The translations under genes and the position numbers were made by a program. From NCBI GenBank assembly GCA_965204755.1, contig OZ242011.1, forward strand, positions 3,040,001-3,104,000: a stretch of DNA of 64,000 nt, given 5' to 3'. The stretch is from Candidatus Marinacidobacterium sp. (lineage in GTDB: Bacteria; Acidobacteriota; Vicinamibacteria; Marinacidobacterales; Marinacidobacteraceae). The notes under the pieces are model-generated. The model saw only the letters and a program-made list of their open reading frames with translations. It was not told the DNA's origin and did not search any database. Each line of letters begins with the position of its first letter. Position 1 is the stretch's first letter. Below, in pieces: positions 40,191 to 48,949 of the stretch.

Positions 40191-40997
40191 GTGGGCCGCC
40201 GCCGTCCGACCGCGCCGGTCGGGCCCGTCGGTTTTGTCGCACTCCTGCTCGCCGCCGCCGGCGCTGCGGGTGGCGAACCGCGCTGCCCCGAAGACCCGCC
40301 GCCGGCCCCCGGGGCCTGCCCGAGCGAATCCCCTTCGGGGAATTCCGCCGAGTCCGCCCCGGTCGGCGGAAGCCAGCCGACGCCGGTGCGGGCCGGGCCG
40401 GTGTTCACCCCCGGCGGCGGGTGGTCGCGCGCCGAGGTCGGGCTGCTCATCGGCAGCCAGCGGGTGAACGAGGACCTCGGCTTCTCCACGAACATCTTCC
40501 AGACCGTTTCCGCCGCCGCGCAGGATGTGGGGTTCGGCGAGCACTACGGGGCGCGGGGCTCGGTCTTCTTCAACCGCTACTTGGGCGTCGAGGGCGCGTT
40601 CACCCGCACCCGCACCTCCTTCGAGTTCTCGATCTCCGACGAGGAGGCGGGCGTGAACATCCTCGCGGAGAGCCTGGTGCGGAGCAGCACCGAGTTCGCC
40701 GGCGCGCTCGTCGGGCAGTTCCCGCTCTCCGCGATGACCCCCTACGCCGCCCTCGGCTACGGCTCGGGGAACGCCTCGGTGGGGGACGGGGACGACTTCC
40801 GCAGCGGGGCGTTCGTCCTCGGCGGCGGCGTCAAGGTGCCGTTTCCCCAACTCCCGTTCCTCCTCACCCTCGACTTCCGCTTCTTCCGCTACCGGGAGGC
40901 GAACGCCGCGCTCCAACTCGCCGAAGGCGGCCGCCCCCCCTCCGCCACCGTCCTCACCGTCGGCGTGATGTTCCGCCTCGGGCCGTCTTCCTCCTGA
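40191..40997 (+). CDS. Outer membrane beta-barrel protein
   Basis: Amphipathic strands, TPYAALGYG, GGGVKV, terminal VGVMFRL. Confidence 0.7.
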   Translation: MGRRRPTAPVGPVGFVALLLAAAGAAGGEPRCPEDPPPAPGACPSESPSGNSAESAPVGGSQPTPVRAGPVFTPGGGWSRAEVGLLIGSQRVNEDLGFSTNIFQTVSAAAQDVGFGEHYGARGSVFFNRYLGVEGAFTRTRTSFEFSISDEEAGVNILAESLVRSSTEFAGALVGQFPLSAMTPYAALGYGSGNASVGDGDDFRSGAFVLGGGVKVPFPQLPFLLTLDFRFFRYREANAALQLAEGGRPPSATVLTVGVMFRLGPSSS

Positions 40998-41106
40998 GGG
41001 CGCGCCGTCCCCGGACGACTCCGGACCGCGGGGCCGCCCGGCGCGGCTAGAATCGGTTTCCCCCGGCGCTCCGTCCGCGCCGGGCCCGGGGCGGGGCGTT
41101 GCGAAA

Positions 41107-41178
41107 GCCGGTGTAGCTCAGGGGTAGAGCAGCTGATTCGTAATCAGCAGGTCGGTGGTTCGAATCCACTCGCCGGCT
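41107..41178 (+). tRNA. tRNA-Thr(CGT)
   Basis: Cloverleaf; GCTGA-TTCGTAA-TCAGC anticodon arm; GGTTCGAATCC T-arm; CCA not encoded. Confidence 0.96.
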
Positions 41179-41231
41179 CCGCGCGGCCCCCCCCTCCCGC
41201 CGCGCCCGACGGGGGCCTCCGCCGCGGGCGG

Positions 41232-42269
41232 TCAGGGCTCGTCGCTCACCAGTTCGCGGTCGGTGATGCCGCCGAGTTCGTGCACATCGTCGGCGCGGCC
41301 GATCAGGATCAGCGTGTCGTTCGCCCGGATGCGGTGGTCGCCGGTGGGAGCGAAGACGAAGCCGCCGTCGTCGCGCTGGATGGCGAGGACCAGCACATTC
41401 CGCCCGGGGTTGATGGCGGCCTGCGACAGGGTCCGGCCGTCGTGTTCCGAGCCCGGCGCCACATGGAGCCGCCCGCCGTCGAAACCCTCCCGGACCATCT
41501 GTTCGATCCCCCGGAACACCCGGGCCATGTGCACCCCGCTGAGGCTGTGGAGCACCCACTTGCCGGCGGTGGTGTAGGGGGACACCACATCCTGCGGTTG
41601 CGCTCCGGCCCGGTGCAGGTTGTTCCGCGACCGCTCGTCCTCGGAACGGGCGACGATCCGGATGTCCCCGTTCAGCGCGCGGGCGGTCATGGCGATGGAG
41701 AGGTTGTCGGGGTCCGAAGGGAGGAGCGCCGCGATCGCCTCCGCGCGCTTCAGGCCCGCTTCGACGAGCACCTCCTCGGCGGTCGCGTCCCCGGCGATCG
41801 CGGCCACGCCCCGTTCGCGGAACTGCGCGACCTTCTCCGCGGACTTCTCGATCACCACGAACTCCCGGTCCTGCGCGATGAGTCCTTCGACGACCGGCCG
41901 GGCGATGCGCCCGCCGCTGCAGATGATGGTGTGGTCTTGCATCCGACGAATCCTCCGTAGGTGGCGGCGGCCGTGTCCGGTGACGATGCGGTCGCCGAGT
42001 TCGCGCAGCGCGAATCCCAGCGTGGCGACGCCGCCGAGGATGAGGAAGGCGGCGAACATCCTCCCCCCCTCGCTGAGCGGGCGGACCTCGCCGAAGCCGA
42101 CGGTGGAGAGCGTGATCACCGTCATGTAGAACGCTTCGCGCAGCCCCCAGCCCTCGATCACCATGAACCCGGCGGTGCCGGCGAGGAAGACCAGCGCCGC
42201 CGCGCCGACGAGCGCCCGCTGCGGGCGCGAACTCTTCGCCGTTCGCGGCGGAAGGGGAAAGGCGGTCAA
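41232..42269 (-). CDS. Potassium channel protein with TrkA-N/TrkA-C (RCK) domains
   Basis: YMTVITLSTVGFGE pore motif, HTIIC, GDATAEEVL. Confidence 0.9.
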   Translation of the reverse strand: MTAFPLPPRTAKSSRPQRALVGAAALVFLAGTAGFMVIEGWGLREAFYMTVITLSTVGFGEVRPLSEGGRMFAAFLILGGVATLGFALRELGDRIVTGHGRRHLRRIRRMQDHTIICSGGRIARPVVEGLIAQDREFVVIEKSAEKVAQFRERGVAAIAGDATAEEVLVEAGLKRAEAIAALLPSDPDNLSIAMTARALNGDIRIVARSEDERSRNNLHRAGAQPQDVVSPYTTAGKWVLHSLSGVHMARVFRGIEQMVREGFDGGRLHVAPGSEHDGRTLSQAAINPGRNVLVLAIQRDDGGFVFAPTGDHRIRANDTLILIGRADDVHELGGITDRELVSDEP

Positions 42270-42329
42270 GACCCGGCGGTCCCGGCCCGGTTCTCAACGG
42301 GCCGTAAACAAAATCCCTCCCCGGTCCGG

Positions 42330-42402
<73 letters not shown>

Positions 42403-42567
42403 TCCGGACCGGGGAAGGAACCGGGAATACTAGGCCGCCTCCCGTTCTTCGTCAACTCGCGCGGGCGTCGGCGAGCCCCTCCGGCAAGCGTTAGCATCCG
42501 CGCCGCCGCGCCGGCCTTTCCTCCTTTCCGGAGTCTTGAGTCGAGGCCTCCGCCGCGGCCTGAGTCC

Positions 42568-43596
42568 GTGCCCGATACCGCGCCCCCTTCCCCGTCACTG
42601 TCCCCGTCCGAGGTCGAGGCCGCCCTCGAAGCCCTCGCCGCGCTGACCGACGACGCCGGGATCGAGGCCTGGCGGACGAAGCACCTGGGCCGGAAGTCCC
42701 GGCTGCAGACCGCGCTCAAGGGCCTCTCCGCGCTCGACCCGGCCGACCGGGCCGCCGCCGGGCGCGCGCTCAACGAGGCGAAGACCCGGCTACGCGCCGC
42801 CCTCGACCGGAAGCGGGCCGAGGAAGAGGCCCGCCGCCTCGAGAGCCGGCCGCCGCTCGATGTCACCCTGCCCGGCCGCCCGCTCCCCTCCGGCCGGCTC
42901 CACCCGATCACCCTCACGGAACGCGCCATCGTTTCCTCGTTCGCCCGGATGGGCTTTTCGGTGATCGAAGGGCCGGAGGTGGAACTCGACTACTACAACT
43001 TCGAGGCGCTGCGCATCCCCGCCGACCACCCGGCCCGCGAGGCCATGGACACCTTCTACCTGGCTCCCGGCGCGGGCCGCGGGGACGCCGCCGGGCCGCC
43101 GCTCCTGCTCCGCACCCACACCTCGCCGAACCAGATCCGCTTCATGGAGCGGAACGCGCCGCCGATCCGCCTGGTCTCGCCGGGCCGCACCTACCGGAAC
43201 GAAGCCACCGACGCGACCCACGAATGGATGATCACCCAGACCGAGGTGCTCGCGGTGGACCGGGGGCTGACGCTCGCGCACCTGAAGGGGACGCTCTACG
43301 AGTTCGCGCGCCACCTGTTCGGCGAGGACCGGGAGATCCGGTTCCGCTGCGACTACTTCCCGTTCGTCGAGCCGGGCGTGGAAGTGGCGGTGAGCAGCCC
43401 CGGCGGCTGGATCGAGATCCTCGGCGCCGGGATGGTGCACCCGGAGATCCTGGAGCGCATGGGTTTCGACCCCGAGGAATACACCGGCTTCGCCGCCGGG
43501 CTGGGCGTGGAGCGGATCGCCATGCTGCGTCACGGCATCGACGACATCCGCCGCTTCTACGAGAACGACCTCCGCTTCCTGGAGCAGTTCCGGTGA
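42568..43596 (+). CDS. pheS: Phenylalanyl-tRNA synthetase alpha subunit
   Basis: [53 protein letters not shown]. Confidence 0.97.
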   Translation: MPDTAPPSPSLSPSEVEAALEALAALTDDAGIEAWRTKHLGRKSRLQTALKGLSALDPADRAAAGRALNEAKTRLRAALDRKRAEEEARRLESRPPLDVTLPGRPLPSGRLHPITLTERAIVSSFARMGFSVIEGPEVELDYYNFEALRIPADHPAREAMDTFYLAPGAGRGDAAGPPLLLRTHTSPNQIRFMERNAPPIRLVSPGRTYRNEATDATHEWMITQTEVLAVDRGLTLAHLKGTLYEFARHLFGEDREIRFRCDYFPFVEPGVEVAVSSPGGWIEILGAGMVHPEILERMGFDPEEYTGFAAGLGVERIAMLRHGIDDIRRFYENDLRFLEQFR

Positions 43597-43621
43597 CCGG
43601 GCCCGGCGGCCCTCCGGCGTA

Positions 43622-46132
43622 GTGCGCGTCCCGCTTTCCTGGCTCGGGGAATTCGTCCCGCTGCCGGCGGACCGCGAGGCCCTGGCGCAGCGCCTGACCT
43701 CCGCCGGCGTCGAAGTCACCGCCGTCGAGCGCATCGGCGGGGACTGGGAGGGGGTGGTCGCGGGCCGGGTGCTCGAGGTGGCGCCCCACCCGAACGCCGA
43801 CCGCCTGCGGCTGGTCACCGTGGCCGTCGGCGGCGAGGAACCGCCTCCGCCGGTGATCTGCGGCGCCCCGAATGTGGCCGCCGGGCAAATGATCGCCTTC
43901 GCCGGGGAAGGGGCGGTCCTCGCCGACCCGGCCACCGGCAAACCGCGCAAGTTGAAGAAGTCCCGCATCCGGGGGGTGGTCTCCGCCGGGATGGTCTGCT
44001 CCGAGGCGGAACTCGGCCTCTCCGGCGAGCACGCCGGGATCCTGGTCCTCGACGACATCCTCGACGCCGGGGCCGAGCCGGGGACGCCGCTCCGGGAAGT
44101 CCTCGGCGATCAGGTCTTCGTCCTCGACCTGACGCCGAACCGGGCGGACGCGCTCTCGATGGTCGGCCTCGCCCGCGAGGTCTCGGCGCTCACCGGCGCG
44201 CCGCTCGCGCCCTGGCCTACCGAACCGGAAGCCGCGGGGCCGGGGATCGCCGGGCGGGCGTCCGCGGAAATCGCGGACCCGCGGCTCTGCCGGCGATTCA
44301 CCCTCGCGCTCATCGAGGGCGTCGAAGTCGGCCCGTCGCCGGAGTGGATGCAGGCCCGGCTGACCGCCGCCGGGCTCCGGCCCATCAACAACCTGGTGGA
44401 CATCACGAACTATGTGATGCTCGAATGCGGGCAGCCGGTCCACGCGTTCGACTACGACCGGGTGGCGGAGCACCGGATCATCGTCCGGCGGGCGGAGGCC
44501 GGCGAGACGCTGGTCACGCTGGACGGGAAGGAGCGCGAACTCGACCCGGAGCGGCTGGTGATCGCCGACCCGTCGGGGCCCGTCGCCCTCGCCGGGGTCA
44601 TGGGCGGCCGCGACACCGAGATCACCGGGGACACGCGCAACCTGCTGCTGGAGGCGGCGAACTTCGACCCGGTGAGCGTCCGGCGCACCGCCCGCCGCTA
44701 CGACCTGTTCACCGACGCGGCGCGCCGCTTCGCCTGGGGGCTGCCGCCGGAGTCGGCGCCGATCGCCTCCGCCCGGGTCTGCCGGCTCCTCGAACGCCAC
44801 GCCGGGGGGCGGGTGGCCGCCGGCCGGGTGGATGCGTGGCCGGCGCCCGAACCGAGCCATGCGATCCGCCTCCGCCGCTCGCGGATCCCGCAGGTGCTGG
44901 GGATGGCCCCGTCGGACGAGGCCGTCGAAGGGGCGCTCACCCGCTTGGGTTTCGGGGTCGAGCGGGAGGAGGGGGCGGACGGGGCGAGTGGCGGCGCGGA
45001 GGAAGCGGGGCTCTCGGTGACCGTCCCCCGGTGGCGGCGCGATGTGCGGTTGCCGGACGACCTGGTCGAGGAAGTCGCGCGGGTCCTCGGCTACGACGAC
45101 CTCCCGGCGGCGCCGCTCGCCGGCGCCATCCCCCACCACTCGCCGCTCCCCGCGCGGGCGCTGCGGGAGCGGGTGCGGGACCTGGGCGCGGCGGCGGGGC
45201 TCAGCGAAGTGATGACCTACTCGCTGGTCTCGGACGCGGACCTCGCGGCGGTGCTCTCCGAGGACGCCCGCCGCGCCTCGCCGGCGCTGCGGGTGGCGAA
45301 TCCCCTGGGCGAGGCGCGCGACTCGCTGCGCACTTCGCTCCGTCCGGGAGTGCTGCGCGCCGCCGCGCTGAACTTCGACCGGGGCGCCTCGAGCGTGGCG
45401 CTGTTCGAGGTCTCCCGCGTCTATCGGCCGGGGGCCGACGGAGGCGACGGCCGGCCCGAAGAGGCGGAGTGCGCGGCGGCGGTGGTCGCCGGCGCCCGGC
45501 TCGACCGGTTCGGGCATCCCGTCGCGGAGCGGCTGGACTTCTTCGACGCGAAGGCGACCCTGGAGCGGGTGCTCGCCGGGCTGGGACTCTCGCCGGAGTT
45601 CCGGGCGGTCGAGGAGTTCGGGTATGTCCCCGGACGGACGGCGGAAGCGCGGATCCCGCTCGGCGGCGGCGGGAAGTCGGTCCGGGTCGGGACGATCGGG
45701 CAGGCGGCCCCGGCGTCCGCGGCGGCGTTCGGGTTGGAGGAAGAGGCCTTCGCCTGGGAACTCGACCTCGCCGCGCTGCTCCGCGCCGAACCGGACGGTC
45801 TCACCGCGCCGGCCGCCGCCTCCCCGCTGCCGCGGTTCCCGGCGGCGGCGGAAGACTTCGCGTTCCTGGTCCCGGAGGACACTCCGGCCGGGGCGCTCGC
45901 GCGGGAGGCGGAGAGCCACCCGCTCGTCGTCGAGGCGCGGGTCTTCGACGACTACCGACTCACCGAGGGGCAGGGCGCAGAAGCCGCCCCCGGTTCGCGT
46001 TCCCTGGGTCTCCGCGTGCTCTACCGCGCGCCGAACCGGACGCTGAACGAGAACGACATTGCCAAAGTCCGAAGGACGATCTTGAAGCGGTTGAAGTCGA
46101 GTCTCGGTGCAGTCGTTCGGGACCGCGCCTGA
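43622..46132 (+). CDS. pheT: Phenylalanyl-tRNA synthetase beta subunit
   Basis: HPNADRL, CGAPNV, LTPNRADALS, RPINNLVDITNYVMLE, DLVEEVARVLGYD, YRAPNRTL. Confidence 0.97.
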   Translation: MRVPLSWLGEFVPLPADREALAQRLTSAGVEVTAVERIGGDWEGVVAGRVLEVAPHPNADRLRLVTVAVGGEEPPPPVICGAPNVAAGQMIAFAGEGAVLADPATGKPRKLKKSRIRGVVSAGMVCSEAELGLSGEHAGILVLDDILDAGAEPGTPLREVLGDQVFVLDLTPNRADALSMVGLAREVSALTGAPLAPWPTEPEAAGPGIAGRASAEIADPRLCRRFTLALIEGVEVGPSPEWMQARLTAAGLRPINNLVDITNYVMLECGQPVHAFDYDRVAEHRIIVRRAEAGETLVTLDGKERELDPERLVIADPSGPVALAGVMGGRDTEITGDTRNLLLEAANFDPVSVRRTARRYDLFTDAARRFAWGLPPESAPIASARVCRLLERHAGGRVAAGRVDAWPAPEPSHAIRLRRSRIPQVLGMAPSDEAVEGALTRLGFGVEREEGADGASGGAEEAGLSVTVPRWRRDVRLPDDLVEEVARVLGYDDLPAAPLAGAIPHHSPLPARALRERVRDLGAAAGLSEVMTYSLVSDADLAAVLSEDARRASPALRVANPLGEARDSLRTSLRPGVLRAAALNFDRGASSVALFEVSRVYRPGADGGDGRPEEAECAAAVVAGARLDRFGHPVAERLDFFDAKATLERVLAGLGLSPEFRAVEEFGYVPGRTAEARIPLGGGGKSVRVGTIGQAAPASAAAFGLEEEAFAWELDLAALLRAEPDGLTAPAAASPLPRFPAAAEDFAFLVPEDTPAGALAREAESHPLVVEARVFDDYRLTEGQGAEAAPGSRSLGLRVLYRAPNRTLNENDIAKVRRTILKRLKSSLGAVVRDRA

Positions 46133-47258
46133 CCCTCCGGGTCGGGCCGTCCGCCGCTCCGCCGCCGGCGGGCGCCCCCGCCCGCGGCCCCGCGAACGCT
46201 CCGGCGGGCGTTCGTCGGGCGGGCGCCCAACCGACGGACATCCCGCCGACGGACATCCTGCCGGCGAACATCCCGCCGGCGGGGCGGCGCTGTCGGGCGA
46301 CCTCATCGCCGCCTCCCCCCGGATGCGGGCGCTCCTCCGGGACGCCGCCCGGATCGCGCGTTTCGATGTCCCGGTCCTGATCGAAGGGGAGACCGGGGCC
46401 GGGAAGGAACTGCTGGCGCGGTTCCTCCACCGGGAGAGCCCCCGGCGCCGCCGGGCGCTGGTCGCCGTGAACTGCGGCGCGGTCCCGGACGACCTCCTCG
46501 AGGCGGAGTTCTTCGGCCACGCCCGCGGCGCGTTCACCGGGGCCGCCGAGGCCCGCGCCGGGCTGGTCGAGGCGGCGGACGGGGGCACGCTCTTCCTCGA
46601 CGAAGTCGGCGAACTCTCGCCGAGGGCCCAGGCGCTGCTGCTGCGCGTCCTGCAGGAGCGCGAGTACCGGCGCGTCGGCGAAACCCGCGTCCGCCGCTCC
46701 GACTTCCGGCTGGTTTCGGCCACCCACCGCGCGCTGGCCGACCTCGTTGCCGCCGGGTCGTTCCGGGCCGACCTGTTCTACCGGCTGGCGGTGGCGCGCG
46801 TCCGCATCCCGCCGCTCCGGGAGCGCTGCGACGAGTTCGGGGAGATCGCGGCGGGCCTGCTCGCCCGCCTCTCCCGGCGCTACCGGATCCCGGTGCCGGA
46901 GGTCTCCCCGGAGGCGCTCTCCGCCCTCGCCGCCCGCCCCTGGCCGGGCAACATCCGCGAACTCGAGTCCGCGCTCGCCGCCGCCGTCCTCTCCCGCCCC
47001 GGCGCTGCCCGGCTGGAACCGGAGGACTTCTCCGCCGCGCCGCCGCCCGAAGCGGCGCCGACCGGGGAATCCCGCCCCGCCGCCGCAGCGCCGGCGGCGG
47101 ACGGACGGGCCCTCTCCGAAGCCCTCGCCGCGTTCGAGCGCCTGTTCCTGCTCGCCGCGCTCCGGCGCGCCTCCGGCAGCCGCGCGGCGGCGGCGAGATC
47201 GCTCGGCATCACCCGCCAGGGGCTCTGGCGAAAACTCCGCCGCCACGGCATCCGCTGA
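46107..47258 (+). CDS. Sigma-54-dependent transcriptional activator (AAA+ and Fis-HTH, no evident sensor domain)
   Basis: GETGAGKE, FFGHARGAFTGA, LFLDEVGE, FRADLFYRL, WPGNIREL, HTH; true start probably after pheT stop. Confidence 0.9.
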   Translation: MQSFGTAPDPPGRAVRRSAAGGRPRPRPRERSGGRSSGGRPTDGHPADGHPAGEHPAGGAALSGDLIAASPRMRALLRDAARIARFDVPVLIEGETGAGKELLARFLHRESPRRRRALVAVNCGAVPDDLLEAEFFGHARGAFTGAAEARAGLVEAADGGTLFLDEVGELSPRAQALLLRVLQEREYRRVGETRVRRSDFRLVSATHRALADLVAAGSFRADLFYRLAVARVRIPPLRERCDEFGEIAAGLLARLSRRYRIPVPEVSPEALSALAARPWPGNIRELESALAAAVLSRPGAARLEPEDFSAAPPPEAAPTGESRPAAAAPAADGRALSEALAAFERLFLLAALRRASGSRAAAARSLGITRQGLWRKLRRHGIR

Positions 47259-47269
47259 CCGGCCTCGAA

Positions 47270-47860
47270 ATGCGGAGGGAGCCGGGCCCGGTCGCGACGG
47301 AAGACCACCTCGAAGAGGCCGCCGGCGCCGACTACGCCCTCGCCCGCCGCCGCGTCCGCTCCATCGTCGGGGGCCCGGCGTTCGACCGCTTCCTTCGCCA
47401 AGTGAGGGACTACCGCAACCGAACCTACCCGCCGGAGGCGAAGAGAGTCCACCGGGTACGGATGAAAGACGAAGACAAGGCTCGCATCGGACATCTCTTC
47501 GTCGCCGCGCTGGGCGATTCGGCGCGCCAAGTCCTGCCGCCGCCTCCGGGCCTCGGGGCTACGCCGACCCGCCTGGTGCGGCTGTCCCCGGAAACTGCGG
47601 TCAAACAGGTACTCCACCACGGAGACCTGACGCCGGCCGACTACCGACGGATCCCCGACCTCATCGAAGACGAACGCTTCCAGAAGACGGGCGACCGTAA
47701 ACTGGCCTTCTTCGGCTACTACGATGGCCAATGGCGCCGCGCCATCGTGAAGCAAGCCACGAGCGCCGACGAGCTCTATCTCGCCAGTTACCACAAGGCT
47801 CGCCCGAACCAAGTCCCCGAGTCCGTCCGCACGGAACGGGAGCAGTCACAACGGGACTAG
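47270..47860 (+). CDS. Stand-alone BECR-fold (PBECR2-like) putative ribonuclease 3, paralog of 19711..20361
   Basis: KARIGHLFVAAL, LVRLSPETAVKQVLHHGDLTPADYRRIPDLIE, AIVKQA, ELYLASYHK. Confidence 0.68.
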   Translation: MRREPGPVATEDHLEEAAGADYALARRRVRSIVGGPAFDRFLRQVRDYRNRTYPPEAKRVHRVRMKDEDKARIGHLFVAALGDSARQVLPPPPGLGATPTRLVRLSPETAVKQVLHHGDLTPADYRRIPDLIEDERFQKTGDRKLAFFGYYDGQWRRAIVKQATSADELYLASYHKARPNQVPESVRTEREQSQRD

Positions 47861-47977
47861 GTGGCGCACGGTGGGGCCCGCAATCCGAGCAACGCTCGGC
47901 AACCCCACGTAACGCGCTGTCCCCGTAAGGGGAACTGGCTACGGCTTGCGGAGTATTACCGTGTCACGTGCGCCGCC
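47860..47977 (+). ncRNA. Putative structured RNA family B, copy 1 (subtype x)
   Basis: Abuts TAG; GGCGCAC/GUGCGCC, CCGAGC/GCUCGG, UCCCC-GUAA-GGGGA, CCGCAA/UUGCGG pseudoknot. Confidence 0.68.
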
Positions 47978-48086
47978 GAGAATGCTAGCACGCCACGCCC
48001 CGTGCGTCGGCGCCACTTGTCGGGCCGGGGCATCCGGTCGGAAGCCGCCCGCGGCGAAGGTCGGCGAGGCCGATGACTCCGTTGAT

Positions 48087-48212
48087 CCGGTGTGGCGCAC
48101 ACGGTGGGGCCTCCTGTCCAGCCGAGGCTGGCAACCCCACATTTCACCGGTCATTCCCGAAGGAACGGGCCACGGGTAGGAGAATGTCACCGTCCGTCGC
48201 GTGCGCCACCGG
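48087..48212 (+). ncRNA. Putative structured RNA family B, copy 2 (subtype y)
   Basis: CCAGCC/GGCUGG, UUCC-CGAA-GGAA, CUCCUG/UAGGAG pseudoknot. Confidence 0.65.
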
Positions 48213-48379
48213 GAAGTATAGCGGCGCCGGGGTCGCCTGCCGGGGGCGGGTCGAACCGGGGGCGCCGGTGGGCGGGGAGCCTCCGGATGGCCGAGAGGCG
48301 CCCGAACTCTCACCGCCGGAAACTCCATGGTCCGGAGGAACTCGTCTTGGGAGCGCGGGTACGCCACTCCGGTACCCGA

Positions 48380-48503
48380 CCGGTGTGGCGCACGGTGGGG
48401 CCCGCAATCCGAGCAACGCTCGGCAACCCCACATAACGCTCTGTCCCCGTGAGGGGAACTGGCTACGGCTTGCGGAGTATTACCGTGTCACATGCGCCAC
48501 CGG
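48380..48503 (+). ncRNA. Putative structured RNA family B, copy 3 (subtype x)
   Basis: Near-identical to copy 1; GUAA to GUGA keeps a GNRA loop. Confidence 0.65.
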
Positions 48504-48611
48504 GGACATTAGCGCCCCGGATGTCGCGCGTCAGCGCCACCTGTCTCGCTCGGGGCATCGGGTCGGAAGCCGCCTGCGGCGAAGGTCGGCGAGGCCGATG
48601 ACTCCGTTGAT

Positions 48612-48735
48612 CCGGGGTGGCGCACGGTGGGGCCTCCCATCCGGTTGAAGCCGGCAACCCCACATTTCACCTGTCATTCCCGAAGGAACGGGCCACGGGC
48701 GGGAGAATGTCACCGTGCGTCGCGTGCGCCGACGG
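48612..48735 (+). ncRNA. Putative structured RNA family B, copy 4 (subtype y)
   Basis: CCGGUU/AGCCGG, CUCCC/GGGAG pseudoknot. Confidence 0.65.
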
Positions 48736-48949
48736 GAGCGTAGCGCTTTCACTACGCGCCGCCCGGCCGGCCAGCCGGCCCGAGGAGCGAGAGAATCGCC
48801 GGACCGGCGAGGCGCGGATCGCGGATGAGGGCGTCGGCCGGCGGCTCCGGGCCGCCGAAGGCGGGGAGGCCTCCCGCCCGTAGAATCGCCGCCCAACCGG
48901 AATTGCCCGATACGCCCTGCGAAATCCACCCGGACGGAGGGAGTCCGTC

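Noticed and set aside
47862-47878. Sigma54 -24/-12 promoter at TGGCGCACGGTGGGGC next to the activator gene
   Set aside because: GG-to-GC spacing is off by one, TTGC is absent, and the bases are explained by the RNA closing stem
47860-48735. Family B as SAM-I riboswitch (GGCAACC) or HDV-like/hammerhead ribozyme
   Set aside because: It lacks the SAM-I AUC...GAU P1 and kink-turn, the HDV helix order and the hammerhead CUGANGA/GAAA cores; it also lies 3' of genes
47861-48929. Small ORFs as protein antitoxin or immunity genes
   Set aside because: They overlap the repeated structured elements, are not frame-conserved between duplicates and lack RBS or motif support
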